This document shows positions 51,321 to 64,000 of a stretch of 64,000 nucleotides of DNA, piece after piece (within the stretch, counting starts at the first letter, position 1; each line of letters begins with the position of its first letter). Position numbers and translations under genes: made by a program. The DNA comes from Octopus sinensis (lineage: Eukaryota): positions 49,352,001 through 49,416,000 of the forward strand of contig NC_043009.1 in the NCBI RefSeq assembly GCF_006345805.1. The letters run 5' to 3'. The notes below the pieces were generated by a model that worked only from the letters and a program-made list of their open reading frames with translations, was not told the DNA's origin and did no database searches.

Positions 51321-52151
51321 AAATCCAGAATCTTGCAAACTAAAAATATTCAATAAACAATACCCTCATAACTTTTGATAAATCTTTATTATTAAGATAT
51401 ATATATATATATATATATATAGTCATATTGTAAATATTTATACTGTATATATTATGTATATCTATTATTTATAAATATTATATAAATATATTGTAAAATA
51501 TATTATATGCATATAAAATATACATATAACATACATATATATATATATATATTAATAAATAAAAATCCTGTGTGTGTACGTGTGTATGTATGTATAGGGT
51601 TGCAATGAAAAGTGTGGAGTTTGATATCTGGGTAGATTTAGTATGAGTGGACAAAGTAAAAGGAGGAAGCTGGCTAAGTTCAAAAGAAATGGGTAGACAG
51701 AGAAGTGGCAACAAAAATGCACAACAAAATATATAAACAAAAAACCCCAAAGACAAAAATAGCAATAATATATATATATATATGTATGAGAAGGAAGAGA
51801 TTGGACGTCTATGAATGAATAACTCTCTCTTTCCCACTCTGTCTGTCTGTTGCTCTCTCACTTTCTCTCCCTCTCTCTCTCTCATACACACACACACACA
51901 AATTGTTGTCTCCCCGCCCTTTTCTCTTGGCTACCCGTTAAAAATAAAGTGCAAAAGAATGTGTGTACATATGTATGTATCTATACACATATATATGTAT
52001 ATATATATATACACACACAAACACACCATACATGTATACACACAAACACACTTGTGTATGCGTTATATATATATACATGTGCTTGCACATGTATATATTC
52101 ATAAATGTGTGTTCATAGATATGTCTATATATAAATACATATGTGTGTATT

Positions 52152-52199
<48 letters not shown>

Positions 52200-55100
52200 A
52201 ATATATATACCCACTTACACACAGATACACATATATACATGTGTGTATATATGTGTAAAAATGCATACATATATATATATATATATATGCATACATACAT
52301 ATATACACACATATATACACATATACACACATATATATATGTATACATATTATATATCACTTATAGTACACACATACATGTATAAGAAAACAATTCAGCA
52401 ACAGTAATAGCAGCGAAGAAGCAAAATTGAAAATTAGAGCAAAAAAAAAAATTACAAAAAAAAAAAATTGGGGAGCAGTTTAAAAAGTACAAAAACAAAA
52501 ATGACCCGTTTCCATTCACCAAGGATGTACATCAGAGCTGCAGTGCAAGGTCCCTGTCCTAGTTCTTGCAGTGTTGGTAGGAGTGCACTGAAAAGGATGG
52601 GGTGAGAGAAGGGAAGAGGTGGTGTGCAAGTGAGAAGAGGATGTATAGAAGTGATTTCTCTATTTTTTTTTTGTTTTTAGATGGGTTGGTAACAAAGTTT
52701 TGTATTTTTTTTGTTGTGTTAGTTTTACATCTATTTTACATCTAAATGGAGTTTAGTAGCAACTGAAATAGAACAAATGTAATACTCTCTCTTTCTCTCT
52801 TACTCCCACACATAGATGCACACATACCTTGGAATATATGCTAACTGATCTAGCTTTCTTTTATTTTTATTGATTAAGTATAGTAGTTTTGGCAACAAGA
52901 AGGAAGGAGAGAGAAAAAAAATGAAGAGAGGGAGAGAAAGAGAGAGAAGATTGAAAGGAGAATATGTAAAAGACTCTTGCTAGAAAGGTCAACTGAGTAA
53001 AAGAGGACATGAGTAATACTTCATCATTGTCATACAGGTGAGCATGTTATAACTATTAAAACATTCTTCTTCTTAGTATTATTATTTTCAGGTGAGAAAT
53101 GATTACCAGAAATGCTAAAGTGACAGATTAAAATGGTTTAGTGTAGTGTTCCCTCTTAGCAGCACAGCCTTGCAAGCAATGCATTGGCGTCATGCATATA
53201 AAAAGGTTGTCACCCATTTTAATTTACAAATGAGTTTGACAATCTGCATGAAAGTTTGAAGGCTGCACACTGGATTTGAATTTAAAACATTTTTTTTGCT
53301 CAAACCAGCAAAAGTTCCATTGAGTAGTTGGTGGTGGTGGAAGAACTAGATAGAACCTAGATTTAGGACATTTAGTTATGTCATTTTGGATTCTGGATTA
53401 AAATCACATCAAGGTTAACAACTTTGCTTTTCATTCTCCAGGTGAAAATAAATGAAAAAATACATGGTTAAATTTAGAAATTATCATTGTAATTATAACT
53501 ATTGTTGTTCTTGTAAGGAGGACTTGTGTTCAACGTGAATAGATTTAAGGTCATGAGATTTTGGGAACCACAAGTCTGCAATTGTAGCTTTAACTATCTA
53601 TAACAAGTTTCCAATTGTAGCTTTAACCATCTATAATAGGGAAAAAATTTACACTAGCATGTCATAAGCCATCATTAGTTCTCAACCAAATTCAGATACT
53701 TTGCTATCATTATCATTACTATTGATATTATTATTAGTTTATACCCATTGTGTGTATGTATGTATATATATATATATATACACATACATATGTGAGTGTG
53801 TGAGTGACAAATCAATATTTAATGTTAGTAAATTGTTATCTTCAAATTTTATTACTATTTCAATTATCATCATCATCATCATCATCATGAAAATCTTGCT
53901 ACATCTCACTGCCTGGGAATAGAAATTTGTGAAAAGCAACTTCTTAATAATTTTATAAATGAATAATATAGTGAATCAAAAATGAATGATAAATTCTTAG
54001 TTTTTGTGTGTGAATATGCATCAGTATTTGGGTGTAGTTGCTTCAAACAACATGTATTAATTAATGTCAAGAAATTAATTCTGAGAAATAATCTGTAAAT
54101 ATTAGTTTCCCGATGAATACTGTATTGCTAAATAATGATTAAGTATATTTTAGAACATAATTTTTACCCGATTTGTCCTATAAATATGATTTATAAGAAA
54201 CTGATGGCAGCCCGTTAATCTCACATATATATCTTTGTCCTACCAGTGGCAATTGACAATAGCTACTTAATGTCAGATATTTGTGTAAATTTGCCCAATA
54301 ACTTATATGAACCACAGATTATTCATGATGGTCATATATGTATGAATTTGTCCTATAAGTGTATAAAGTATATCCAATACTGATTGTCACTTAATAAAGC
54401 TGAAGAGGAAAGATAAAGGTATGCAATATTCTGACATTAAAAAAAAAAAGAAGCTATTTATTTAGGTAAGGTAGTATGGTTAAGAAGTTTACTTTGCAAT
54501 CATGTAGTTATGAGTTTGGTAATAATATGCTATAGTTTGTTAAGTGCTTTCTACAATAGACTTGAGCCAATTCAACCCTTGTGAATGAAATAGGGTCACT
54601 GAAATCTGTCCAGAAGATGGTGAGATAGACTGTACCTGTTATTGGAAAGTAAAGCCTGATTTGATGCCATCACCTGAACTTTGTGTGCATTAAACATAGT
54701 CAACTCTTGGAAGAATATTTAATTGCATAATTTCAGTACTGGGTTGGTACTTATTTTATCGACCCCAGAAAGAAGGAAGTCAAAGTCAACCTTGGTAGGA
54801 TTTGAACTCAAATCGATGTAAAGGGATATAAATGAATACCATGAAGTACCCAATCCAACATCAAACTGATTTTCTGTCAGTTTGTCTACTTGAAGTGCAT
54901 GCAAATTGTCTTTGTCGCTCATACTGTGTCCCCACACACCCATCTTTCCCAGGCTCCGCACTAACCATTATGCCCAGCCTTTTCTCATCTTAGAATTGTT
55001 GGCCCAGTGGAAATCACACCTGTACATGTTTTTCCCTTCAGCTGTTAACTTGCTACAGTTTAACCGAAACATTAACAGCATCAGTCTCACCGGTCTCGGA

Positions 55101-55354
55101 GGGTTTGCGAAGGTCATTAATACAGGACCATTTTCCCCAGACTAAGCAAATACAAAACGATACTAATGATAATAATTTACAGCCAGCTGTTGAATGAATA
55201 CGCAAAATGTATAGTGTTTATATGGAATGTTCTAGTCTATTAAATCTTTTGCTTATGGCTGCACTTTCACAATGACATTCTCATCTCACAAACTAAACAT
55301 ATACATACACACTGCAATTATTTCATTTTAGAATTTAAAAAAAAATTATTCATG

Positions 55355-55374
<20 letters not shown>

Positions 55375-55391
<17 letters not shown>

Positions 55392-55595
55392 CTGTGTTTG
55401 TCCCCCTAGCATTGCTTGACAACCGATGCTGGTGTGTTTACGTCCCCCGTCACTTAGCGGTTCGGCAAAAGAGACCGATAGAATAAGTACTGGGCTTACA
55501 AAGAATAAGTCCCGGGGTCGATTTGCTCGACTAAAGGCAGTGCTCCAGCATGGCCGCAGTCAAATGACTGAAACAAGTAAAAGAGAGAAAGAGTA
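55375..55595 (+). mobile_element. SINE family A 3' half, CpG-intact
   Basis: Close match to the 17061 and 19491 copies. Confidence 0.9.
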
Positions 55596-56446
55596 ATTCG
55601 TAATATTATTATTATTATTATGGTGACTTTTTAAACATTAAAAGAAGAAAATATTATATTAATCAGATACAATAAAATATTTTCAAGCTATTATTATTGT
55701 TAATATAAATTGGCACACGGTCACAAATTTGGAAAGGGAGAGCCATGTAGTCATCAGGTGATTTCTATTTATTTTACTGTCTGTGGGGATGGCAATGGTA
55801 AAGTACTCCACCACCCCTTCCAGTAGTTTTTCAATTCAGGCTGTTAAAATACACATCGCTCCACCCCACTCTTATAATGTACAAAGTAATAATTAGAATT
55901 ATTTTAAAATATTTTATTACAACAGATTAATACAAGCATGTATTTTCTTCTATTATTTAAAATTACCATTTATAAAGAGATCCATGTAATTATTATTAAT
56001 GAGAATTTCAAATCTTAGAATTAGGAAATTTATAATTATGGTATTCTATACTAATAAAATATTTTTCTAATTCCACCCTTAAAAAAAAAAAAAATTATCA
56101 ATACTTAATTATTTAGAATTATTTAGAAGGGAATTGAAGACCAAGAATATGAGATGTTCATACATTCTTAAAGGAATGTCAATGATACTGTTTAAAAGAA
56201 CAAATCACATTACAGCATTTACTACAATGATGATAATGATGATGATGATAAAGAAAAAAAAATTCTTGTTTCTTACAGAGGGATGAGTGTGAAATGACAA
56301 GTGGTGATGCACATGCCTCTTTAAAAAACAGACATGGAACTAAGAAGGTTTTAACTAGGAAATAAAACTTTGTTGCAGATTTGGTTTCTTGAAAAATATC
56401 TCCTAGTCTACAGTGTTTACTGTAAATAATAATAATAATAATAATG

Positions 56447-56656
56447 TTTCTACTATAGGCATAAGGCTTGAAATTTTAAAGGAAAGGTTAGTCAATTACA
56501 TTGACCTTAGTGCATGCCTGGTACTTATATCATCGACCCTGAAAAGATGAAAGGCAAAGTTGACATCAGAGGAATTTGAATTCAGAATGTAAATCTGGAA
56601 GAAATTACACTAAATATCTTGTCTGACATACTAATAATTTTGCCAGCTTGTTGCCC
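56447..56656 (-). mobile_element. SINE family B2
   Basis: TTTCTACTATAGGC tail after (AAT)n; the head abuts the MITE TTAA. Confidence 0.8.
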
Positions 56657-56660
56657 TTAA

Positions 56661-56882
56661 CGCTTTTGATACCAACCCAGCCAAAACTGGCTCTGGCTCT
56701 GTAGTACAAATATCTTGTTTTCATAAGCTTTGAATTAAAATCTTCCACCAAACCGTAGTCACAATTTATGTTCCTAACACTAGCTTACTGATAACTAAGT
56801 TATTTTACTTAATTCTTTGTTATATTTTAAAATAATTGAAAGAAACACAGAGCATCTCAAAATAAATACAGTAATGAAAGGG
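56661..56882. mobile_element. piggyBac-type MITE
   Basis: TTAA TSDs at 56657-56660 and 56883-56886; body matches 37310-37519. Confidence 0.88.
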
Positions 56883-57445
56883 TTAATAATGGTTTCTGAT
56901 TTTGGTACAAAGTCAATAGCTTCAAGAGGAAGATTTACTTGATATCATCAGCACTTGATTGGTACTCTATTTGACAAGCAAAGTTTATCTTAGTGAGATT
57001 TGAACTCAGAATGTAAAGAGCTGGTACAAGTTGAGCCCACTTCTTAATGAATATTTAACGTGTTAAGCATACTTCACTCCAATGATCTCAGCAGGATTAA
57101 GACAGAACTTAAACACAAGGTGTATCTAAAAGTAGCAGGACAGTTTGGAACTACTTTACCATTCCTTTAGCATATGTAAGATTTACAGAATTTGACCTCA
57201 GGGGTTAGGCATTTTATACAGCATCTTAATGATACTGCCTATCAACTGCCCTTGGTGGTAATGATAAAATGATAATAAATAATAATAAATTTTTTCCTAA
57301 TTTTGGCAAAAGGCCAGCAATTTTGAGGGAAAGGGGCAAGATGATTACAGCAATCCCTGTAGAATGTAAAGAGTCGAAAGAAATGCCACAAACTATTATA
57401 TCTGATGCACTAATGATTCCAGCGTCTCACTGCTTTAATAATAAT

Positions 57446-57661
57446 GGTTTCAAATTTTGCCACAAGGGCAGCAATTTTGGGAGACGAGATAAGTCGATTA
57501 CATCAAACCCCCCCCCCCCAGTGTTTCACTGGTACTTAATTTATTGGCCCAGAAAAGGTGAAAGGCAAAAATCGACCTCGGTGGAATTTGAGCTCAGAAC
57601 GTAGCTACAGGTGAAATACCACTAAGCATTTCATCCAGAACGCTAACAATTTTGCCAGCTC
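57446..57661 (-). mobile_element. SINE family B2 in (AAT)n
   Basis: Full-length copy with (AAT)n on both sides. Confidence 0.85.
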
Positions 57662-58659
57662 TAATAATAATAATAATAATAATAATTTCTTATAAATGCA
57701 ATAAAATCCAAATGACTGAGTTTGTAACATGTCCTGAGAGAAAGAGAGAGAGAGTGAGAGTGAGTGTGTGTAAAATTTCAAGTGAAATGACTAATGGAAA
57801 ATCAAAATACCTGAATTGCAGATTTAGTTTTCCAACAAGAACTTTCTTACTATAAACACCGCGGCCACAATAATAATAATAATAATAATAATAATGATAA
57901 TAATAATAGCCAACAACAATGAAAATAATTATTATTAAATATTAAGTTCAGCAGCATAAGGATCAGCAGATTTGAGTGTCCATTGCAGAAATGGCAGGCA
58001 GGTTCAGAAAAAGCAACAGTCTTTGAGTGGAATTAAATAATCAAAAGTAATATTTCTTCTTTGCTTTGTGTGTAAGTGGCAAGCAGAGTAAAAGTAAAGT
58101 AAATGCTCTTGTGGGAGAACTTGAAATTGCAACTCAGCTTCGCAGTTTGTAACTGGAGTCATTTCACTTCATTACATTTTACTAAAACACTGGAAATGAT
58201 ACATGGAAAAGCATAAATGTCAAAAGTCCCCCACCCACCCTACCATTATCATTTTGCTTTTCCAATAAATATCTCAAAACTTCATGTCTATAAAAACAAG
58301 ATAACTTTAATTGGTTTATTGAAACTTTAATTTTAAAAAACTGTTCACGAAGAGAGAGGAAAATATATACAAAAAGAAATTATGGAAAAAAAAAAAAAAG
58401 TTAAATAACAAAAATGTAGGGTAAGGAAAGGATTTGAGAGGAAGGAGCAAACATGGGGTACCGGGAAGTAGGACAGATATGATACAGAGACCTTAGGGAG
58501 AAAAGGAGTTAAATAGACTCTCAGCAGTTATTTAAAGAAAGATAATATAAACTTTCATAGCAATATACACATACATATATACACACACATATACACTCAT
58601 ACACACACACATATATATATGTATATATATATATATAATATATATATATATATATACAT

Positions 58660-58843
58660 ACAACTTACAAATAAGGGCAAATGAAGAAATTTCTAATGCT
58701 AAATATGCCGAAAATTGGACATATTGTCCATTACCATATGATTTATCACAATTTGTGATAAATTTATGGTAATGGACAATATGTCCAATTTTCAGCATAT
58801 TTGGCATGAAACATTTTTTCGTTTGCCCTTATTTGTAAGTTGT
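58660..58843. mobile_element. Near-perfect 184-bp palindrome (MITE-like)
   Basis: ACAACTTACAAATAAGGGCAAA...TTTGCCCTTATTTGTAAGTTGT; ~91-bp arms and a 1-3-nt loop at 58750-58752. Confidence 0.85.
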
Positions 58844-59177
58844 TTATAATTTTAACCTTTAAAGGTATTTTTTTAATATGCTGGCCATTGATAAAATTTT
58901 TTTTTCGAAAAAAAATTTTTATCCTACATTAAATATATATATATATATTATATATATATATATATATATGCACACACATAGCAATACTGAGAGAAAGAGG
59001 TGGGAGAGAAGCAGCTAGCTAGGTAAATAGAAAGATACGATGGAAGCCTTTACTTACACAACAAACTGAAAAAGTTATACTGGAGGGTAACAGTTTGACC
59101 ATTATGAAAAACTTGATAAATTTGAGTGTGTTTGTGTGTGTATCTGTATGTGTGTTTGTGTGAGTGTATATATACGA

Positions 59178-59218
<41 letters not shown>

Positions 59219-59469
59219 TATATCAATTATATATCTTCATAACAGATGGGGTAAATCAGACCACAAGAAAGTACTCAAAACTTTCTTTAAGTGCAGAGTC
59301 AATATACCTTTTATTAATTGGGTGATGCATTGCAACTATACAGGTATTTCAATACATTTTCACATTCCTTAAAAAAAAAAAAGATCTGGCTGATCAGCCT
59401 TCAAAGAAATATGAAAAAGTTTTGAAATGGCTGTGCAATTTTGTGGCATCCTCAAGTTAACAAGAGATG

Positions 59470-59730
59470 TGTATGTGTGTGTGTGTGGTGTGTGTGTGTG
59501 TGTGTGTTTTCCATAGCTTTTCTTCAATATTACAACTGATAAACTGTCAAAGAATTAATTATCGATGATAGTAATATATATTAATAATAATAATAATAAT
59601 AATGATTTCAAATTTTGGCACAAGGCCAGCAATTTTGGGAAGGGGATAAGTTGATTGCATCGACCCCAGTACTCAACTGGTACTTATCTTATCGACCCCG
59701 AAAGGATGAAAGGCAAAGTTGACCTCAGTG

Positions 59731-59773
<43 letters not shown>

Positions 59774-60195
59774 TTCTTTTATTGCCACATGGGCGACGGA
59801 TGAAGACATTACACGGTCAAATACTCATTATAATAATAATAATAATAATAATTATATCAATAATAATAATAATAATAATAATGATAATTATAATTATAAT
59901 AATAATAATAATAATGATAATTATAGTAATAATAATAATGAAAGTAATACAATAAGTGCATTTCATTGCATGGAAAGAGTGTTTTCTTTTCTGTTTGTGT
60001 TGACTGCATGTCAGTCTGTCTGTGTGAGTGTGGTGCTGGTTGTTGGCCAAGTTTCTTTCATCTTGGTACAAATATTCCTGCAGCAGTTGTCACAGATTTG
60101 GGGGGAAAAAATAAAGGAGACAGAAGAAAGCTAGGTTCCTCTATGGGTAGAGTATGGAAGGAAAGGGGGAAAATATATGTGTGTGTGTATGCATT

Positions 60196-60278
<83 letters not shown>

Positions 60279-61224
60279 TGTGTGTGTGTGTGTGTATATA
60301 TATATACATATATATATATACATATATACATATATATATACACATACATATATATATATGCATAATGCACATGCACTTATATATATATATATATACACAA
60401 ACACATACACTTACATGCATATATATATATATACATGCACACACACGTATACACAAACATGAGCATATATATATGTATGTATACGTGAACATGTGTGTGC
60501 ATATGTATATATGTGTACATATGTATGTGTGTATATATACATATATATGGCATATACATACGTGTATAAGCTTAAATGTGTGTGTATATACACACACATA
60601 CACACACACATAATGAATATATAATTAAAAAAAACTCTCTCACCCCTTCACTGAAAAAAATAAAAACATTATTATCATGGTCATCGTCGTAATTTGTTAA
60701 TTGTCTACACCTTCCCAATCACTGCAGCTCTGTAGGGCCTTTTCTGTGAGTGTAGGGGGGAGTGGGAAAAGGTATAATTTCTTTTTTTAATTAATTAAGT
60801 GATTAAATTTTCATATATATATATTTATTATTTTTTTTTTGTTTTGTTTTTAAAGAGAAGCACCTTCACTTCATTTTTATAAATGTTTCATATTTTACAT
60901 TCACATATGTGCATTTAATTATGTTTTGTGTTACGTACGCTTTTGTGTGTATGCAGGTATGCATGTATGTGTGTGTGTGTGGTGTGTGTGTGTGTGTGTG
61001 TTTTCCATAGCTTTTCTTCAATATTACAACTGATAAACTGTCAAAGAATTAATTATCGATGATAGTAATATATATTAATAATAATAATAATAATAATGAT
61101 TTCAAATTTTGGCACAAGGCCAGCAATTTTGGGAAGGGGATAAGTTGATTGCATCGACCCCAGTACTCAACTGGTACTTATCTTATCGACCCCGAAAGGA
61201 TGAAAGGCAAAGTTGACCTCAGTG

Positions 61225-61261
<37 letters not shown>

Positions 61262-61683
61262 TTCTTTTATTGCCACATGGGCGACGGATGAAGACATTAC
61301 ACGGTCAAATACTCATTATAATAATAATAATAAATAATAATTATATCAATAATAATAATAATAATAATGATAATTATAATTATAATAGTAATAATAATAA
61401 TGATAATTATAGTAATAATAATAATGAAAGTAATACAATAAGTGCATTTCATTGCATGGAAAGAGTGTTTTCTTTTCTGTTTGTGTTGACTGCATGTCAG
61501 TCTGTCTGTGTGAGTGTGGTGCTGGTTGTTGGCCAAGTTTCTTTCATCTTGGTACAAATATTCCTGCAGCAGTTGTCACAGATTTGGGGGGAAAAAATAA
61601 AGGAGACAGAAGAAAGCTAGGTTCCTCTATGGGTAGAGTATGGAAGGAAAGGGGGGAAAATATATGTGTGTGTATGCATTTGC

Positions 61684-61748
<65 letters not shown>

Positions 61749-62427
61749 TGTGTGTGTGTGTGTATATATATATACATATATATATACATATATACATATA
61801 TATATACACATACATATATATATATGCATAATGCACATGCACTTATATATATATATATATACACAAACACATACACTTACATGCATATATATATATATAC
61901 ATGCACACACACGTATACACAAACATGAGCATATATATATGTATGTATACGTGAACATGTGTGTGCATATGTATATATGTGTACATATGTATGTGTGTAT
62001 ATATACATATATATGGCATATACATACGTGTATAAGCTTAAATGTGTGTGTATATACACACACATACACACACACATAATGAATATATAATTAAAAAAAA
62101 CTCTCTCACCCCTTCACTGAAAAAAATAAAAACATTATTATCATGGTCATCGTCGTAATTTGTTAATTGTCTACACCTTCCCAATCACTGCAGCTCTGTA
62201 GGCCTTTTCTGTGAGTGTAGGGGGGAGTGGGAAAAGGTTAATTTCTTTTTTTAATTAATTAAGTGATTAAATTTTCATATATATATATTTATTATTTTTT
62301 TTTTGTTTTGTTTTTAAAGAGAAGCACCTTCACTTCATTTTTATAAATGTTTCATATTTTACATTCACATATGTGCATTTAATTATGTTTTGTGTTACGT
62401 ACGCTTTTGTGTGTATGCAGGTATGCA

Positions 62428-62460
<33 letters not shown>
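59470..62460. repeat. Tandem duplication, unit ~1.46-1.49 kb
   Basis: CCATAGCTTTTC at 59511 and 61005 (offset 1494); ATGCAGG at 60951 and 62415 (offset 1464). Breakpoints lie in (TG)n tracts. Confidence 0.95.
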
Positions 62461-63190
62461 TGTACATGCGTGTATGGAACAAAAGGTGGGGGTCGGGTGT
62501 CTTAGGAGAAAGAAGGAGAACAGTCCTTTTTTATCCATATACATATAAATATACATGTAAATTTATATATACATTTAAACTTTTCAAGTTTGTTGTATTT
62601 TTTTGGTTGATTTTTTGTTATTTTATTTTTACTATTTTCTTGGCAAGAATAGGAAGCAGTGACATACATCCATACATCATACGTCCATGCATTCATCAGT
62701 CCATCTTTTTTCTGGTTTGTTTCTTTGTTGGTTTGTTTGTTTATTTATTTATTTATTTGTTGTTGTTGTTATTTTTAGTTTCATTTTTCTTCTTTTTTTT
62801 TTTAAACCAGGCATCCATCCATCCGTCCATCCGTCCATCCATCCATCCCTCCATCCAGTCGTGCATGCATCCGTCTGTGCATGCATCCATGCAGTGTCAA
62901 AGAAGTCATAAGACATGTTAAGGGAATAAAAGTTAGCAGCAACAGCGGCAGCGGCAGCAGGTGTACATTGCAGCAGCAGCAGCTTCCTTGCATGTGGGGG
63001 GATGGGGTGGAGTGGAAAGGATGGGAAAAAAAAATTTTTTCATTTTTTCTCAGCAATTGTGGTAAGGTGTGCATGTATGAATACATATACATGTGTGTTT
63101 ATATGTATGTACGTATGCATGTATGTATGTATTTATTATTTTGGAAAGTGCCTTTTGACACTTGTAAGAAACCAGTTCCTAAGCAGGGGA

Positions 63191-63360
63191 CTATCGTGAT
63201 AGAAGCACCCATTGGCAGACATGGATAAGTGCGAACAACAGAGTCCAAGAGCAGCGTGGAAAATCAGAACTGTTTATAAGTCCCATATTCTTAGGGCCAG
63301 TCGCATTAATTTCAGAATTCTGTTTGGTTATGCCAGGGCTCTGCTTGTCGAAGTCTGCTT
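63191..63360 (-). CDS. Probable terminal coding exon of a GPI-anchored cell-surface protein (gene extends beyond window)
   Basis: Acceptor TTGTTTTTATTTTGTCTTTTACAG at 63361. The phase-1 frame gives ADFDKQSPGITKQNSEINATGPKNMGLINSSDFPRCSWTLLFALIHVCQWVLLSR*, with two N-glycosylation sequons, a small-residue NSS 27 aa from the end and a hydrophobic tail without a cytoplasmic domain. Confidence 0.55.
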
Positions 63361-63665
63361 CTGTAAAAGACAAAATAAAAACAAGTTATATTAATACTAC
63401 AGCTACATATAGATACATATTAACACAAATCTATAAGTCTTCGTCTAGCCAATACTCACATAGAAAAACAGATGTAAAAGAAACAAGTGAATGTTAAAAA
63501 CTATACCATACACATCTACATGAATACATGCCAGAAAAGGAGTTTCAACATAGATACTTGACCTGCTAAAAAACTAGCCAAATTCCCATAACACATTGGA
63601 ACAGGGTGATCCTTGATAAAAATTCATGAAAATAAGATGGATTGATCATAGCTGGGATGTTTTAA

Positions 63666-63775
63666 CCCTTTAGCATACAGATTATTCTGTCAAATGTAAT
63701 GTTTATTTGTTCACATTGTTTTGAATTAATCATCTGTTATTTCATAGCTTTGAGATTTCAATGAAGTGATTACTC
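63666..63775. mobile_element. Second piggyBac-type MITE family, left part
   Basis: TTAA|CCCTTTAGCA terminus; interrupted by SINE A. Confidence 0.5.
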
Positions 63776-63777
63776 TC

Positions 63778-64000
63778 TCTCTTTTACTTGTTTCAGTCAT
63801 TTGACTGCGGTCATGCTGGAGCACCACCTTTAGTCGAGCAAATCGACTCCGGGACTTATTCTTTGTAAGCCCAGTACTTATTCTATCAGTCTCTTTTGCT
63901 GAACCGCTAAGTGACGTGGACGTAAACACACCAGCATCGGTTGTCAAGCAATGCTAGAAGGACAAACACAGACACACACATACATATATATATACATATA
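63778..64000 (-). mobile_element. SINE family A 3' half (runs off window)
   Basis: Match to other family A copies. Confidence 0.9.

Noticed and set aside
62802-63228. ORFs around (CAG)n/(GCA)n and (ATCC)n just past the stop
   Set aside because: Simple-repeat translations within the presumed 3' UTR.

Overview
AT-rich, microsatellite-dense animal genomic DNA. The repeat families look like those of an octopus (coleoid cephalopod); this is recognition from memory, not a database result. There are no prokaryotic-type genes, rRNA, true tRNA or CRISPR. Almost all ORFs in the track are translations of simple repeats or satellite DNA. Main contents: (1) A ~6.9-kb composite at 3.1-10.0 kb, where ~420-450-bp inverted arms of host-like DNA flank a hierarchical satellite (12/24-bp A4T4 units, 32-bp units arranged as fold-back palindromes, ~0.6-kb and ~1.55-kb higher-order repeats). 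(2) Many SINEs of several tRNA-headed families, RTE-LINE pieces, decayed mariner, maT (DD37D) and piggyBac transposases, piggyBac- and hAT-type MITEs, and several palindromic hairpin elements. (3) A tRNA-headed SINE whose 3' part carries remnants of a minimal hammerhead ribozyme, plus a separate hammerhead-like motif at 36.0 kb. (4) One plausible host coding exon on the minus strand (63360-63191) encoding a GPI-anchor-signal-like C-terminus, followed by SINE-poor UTR-like DNA and weaker candidate phase-1 exons further downstream. (5) A near-identical ~1.5-kb tandem duplication at 59.5-62.5 kb that may be an assembly artefact. Boundaries and identities were estimated by eye.
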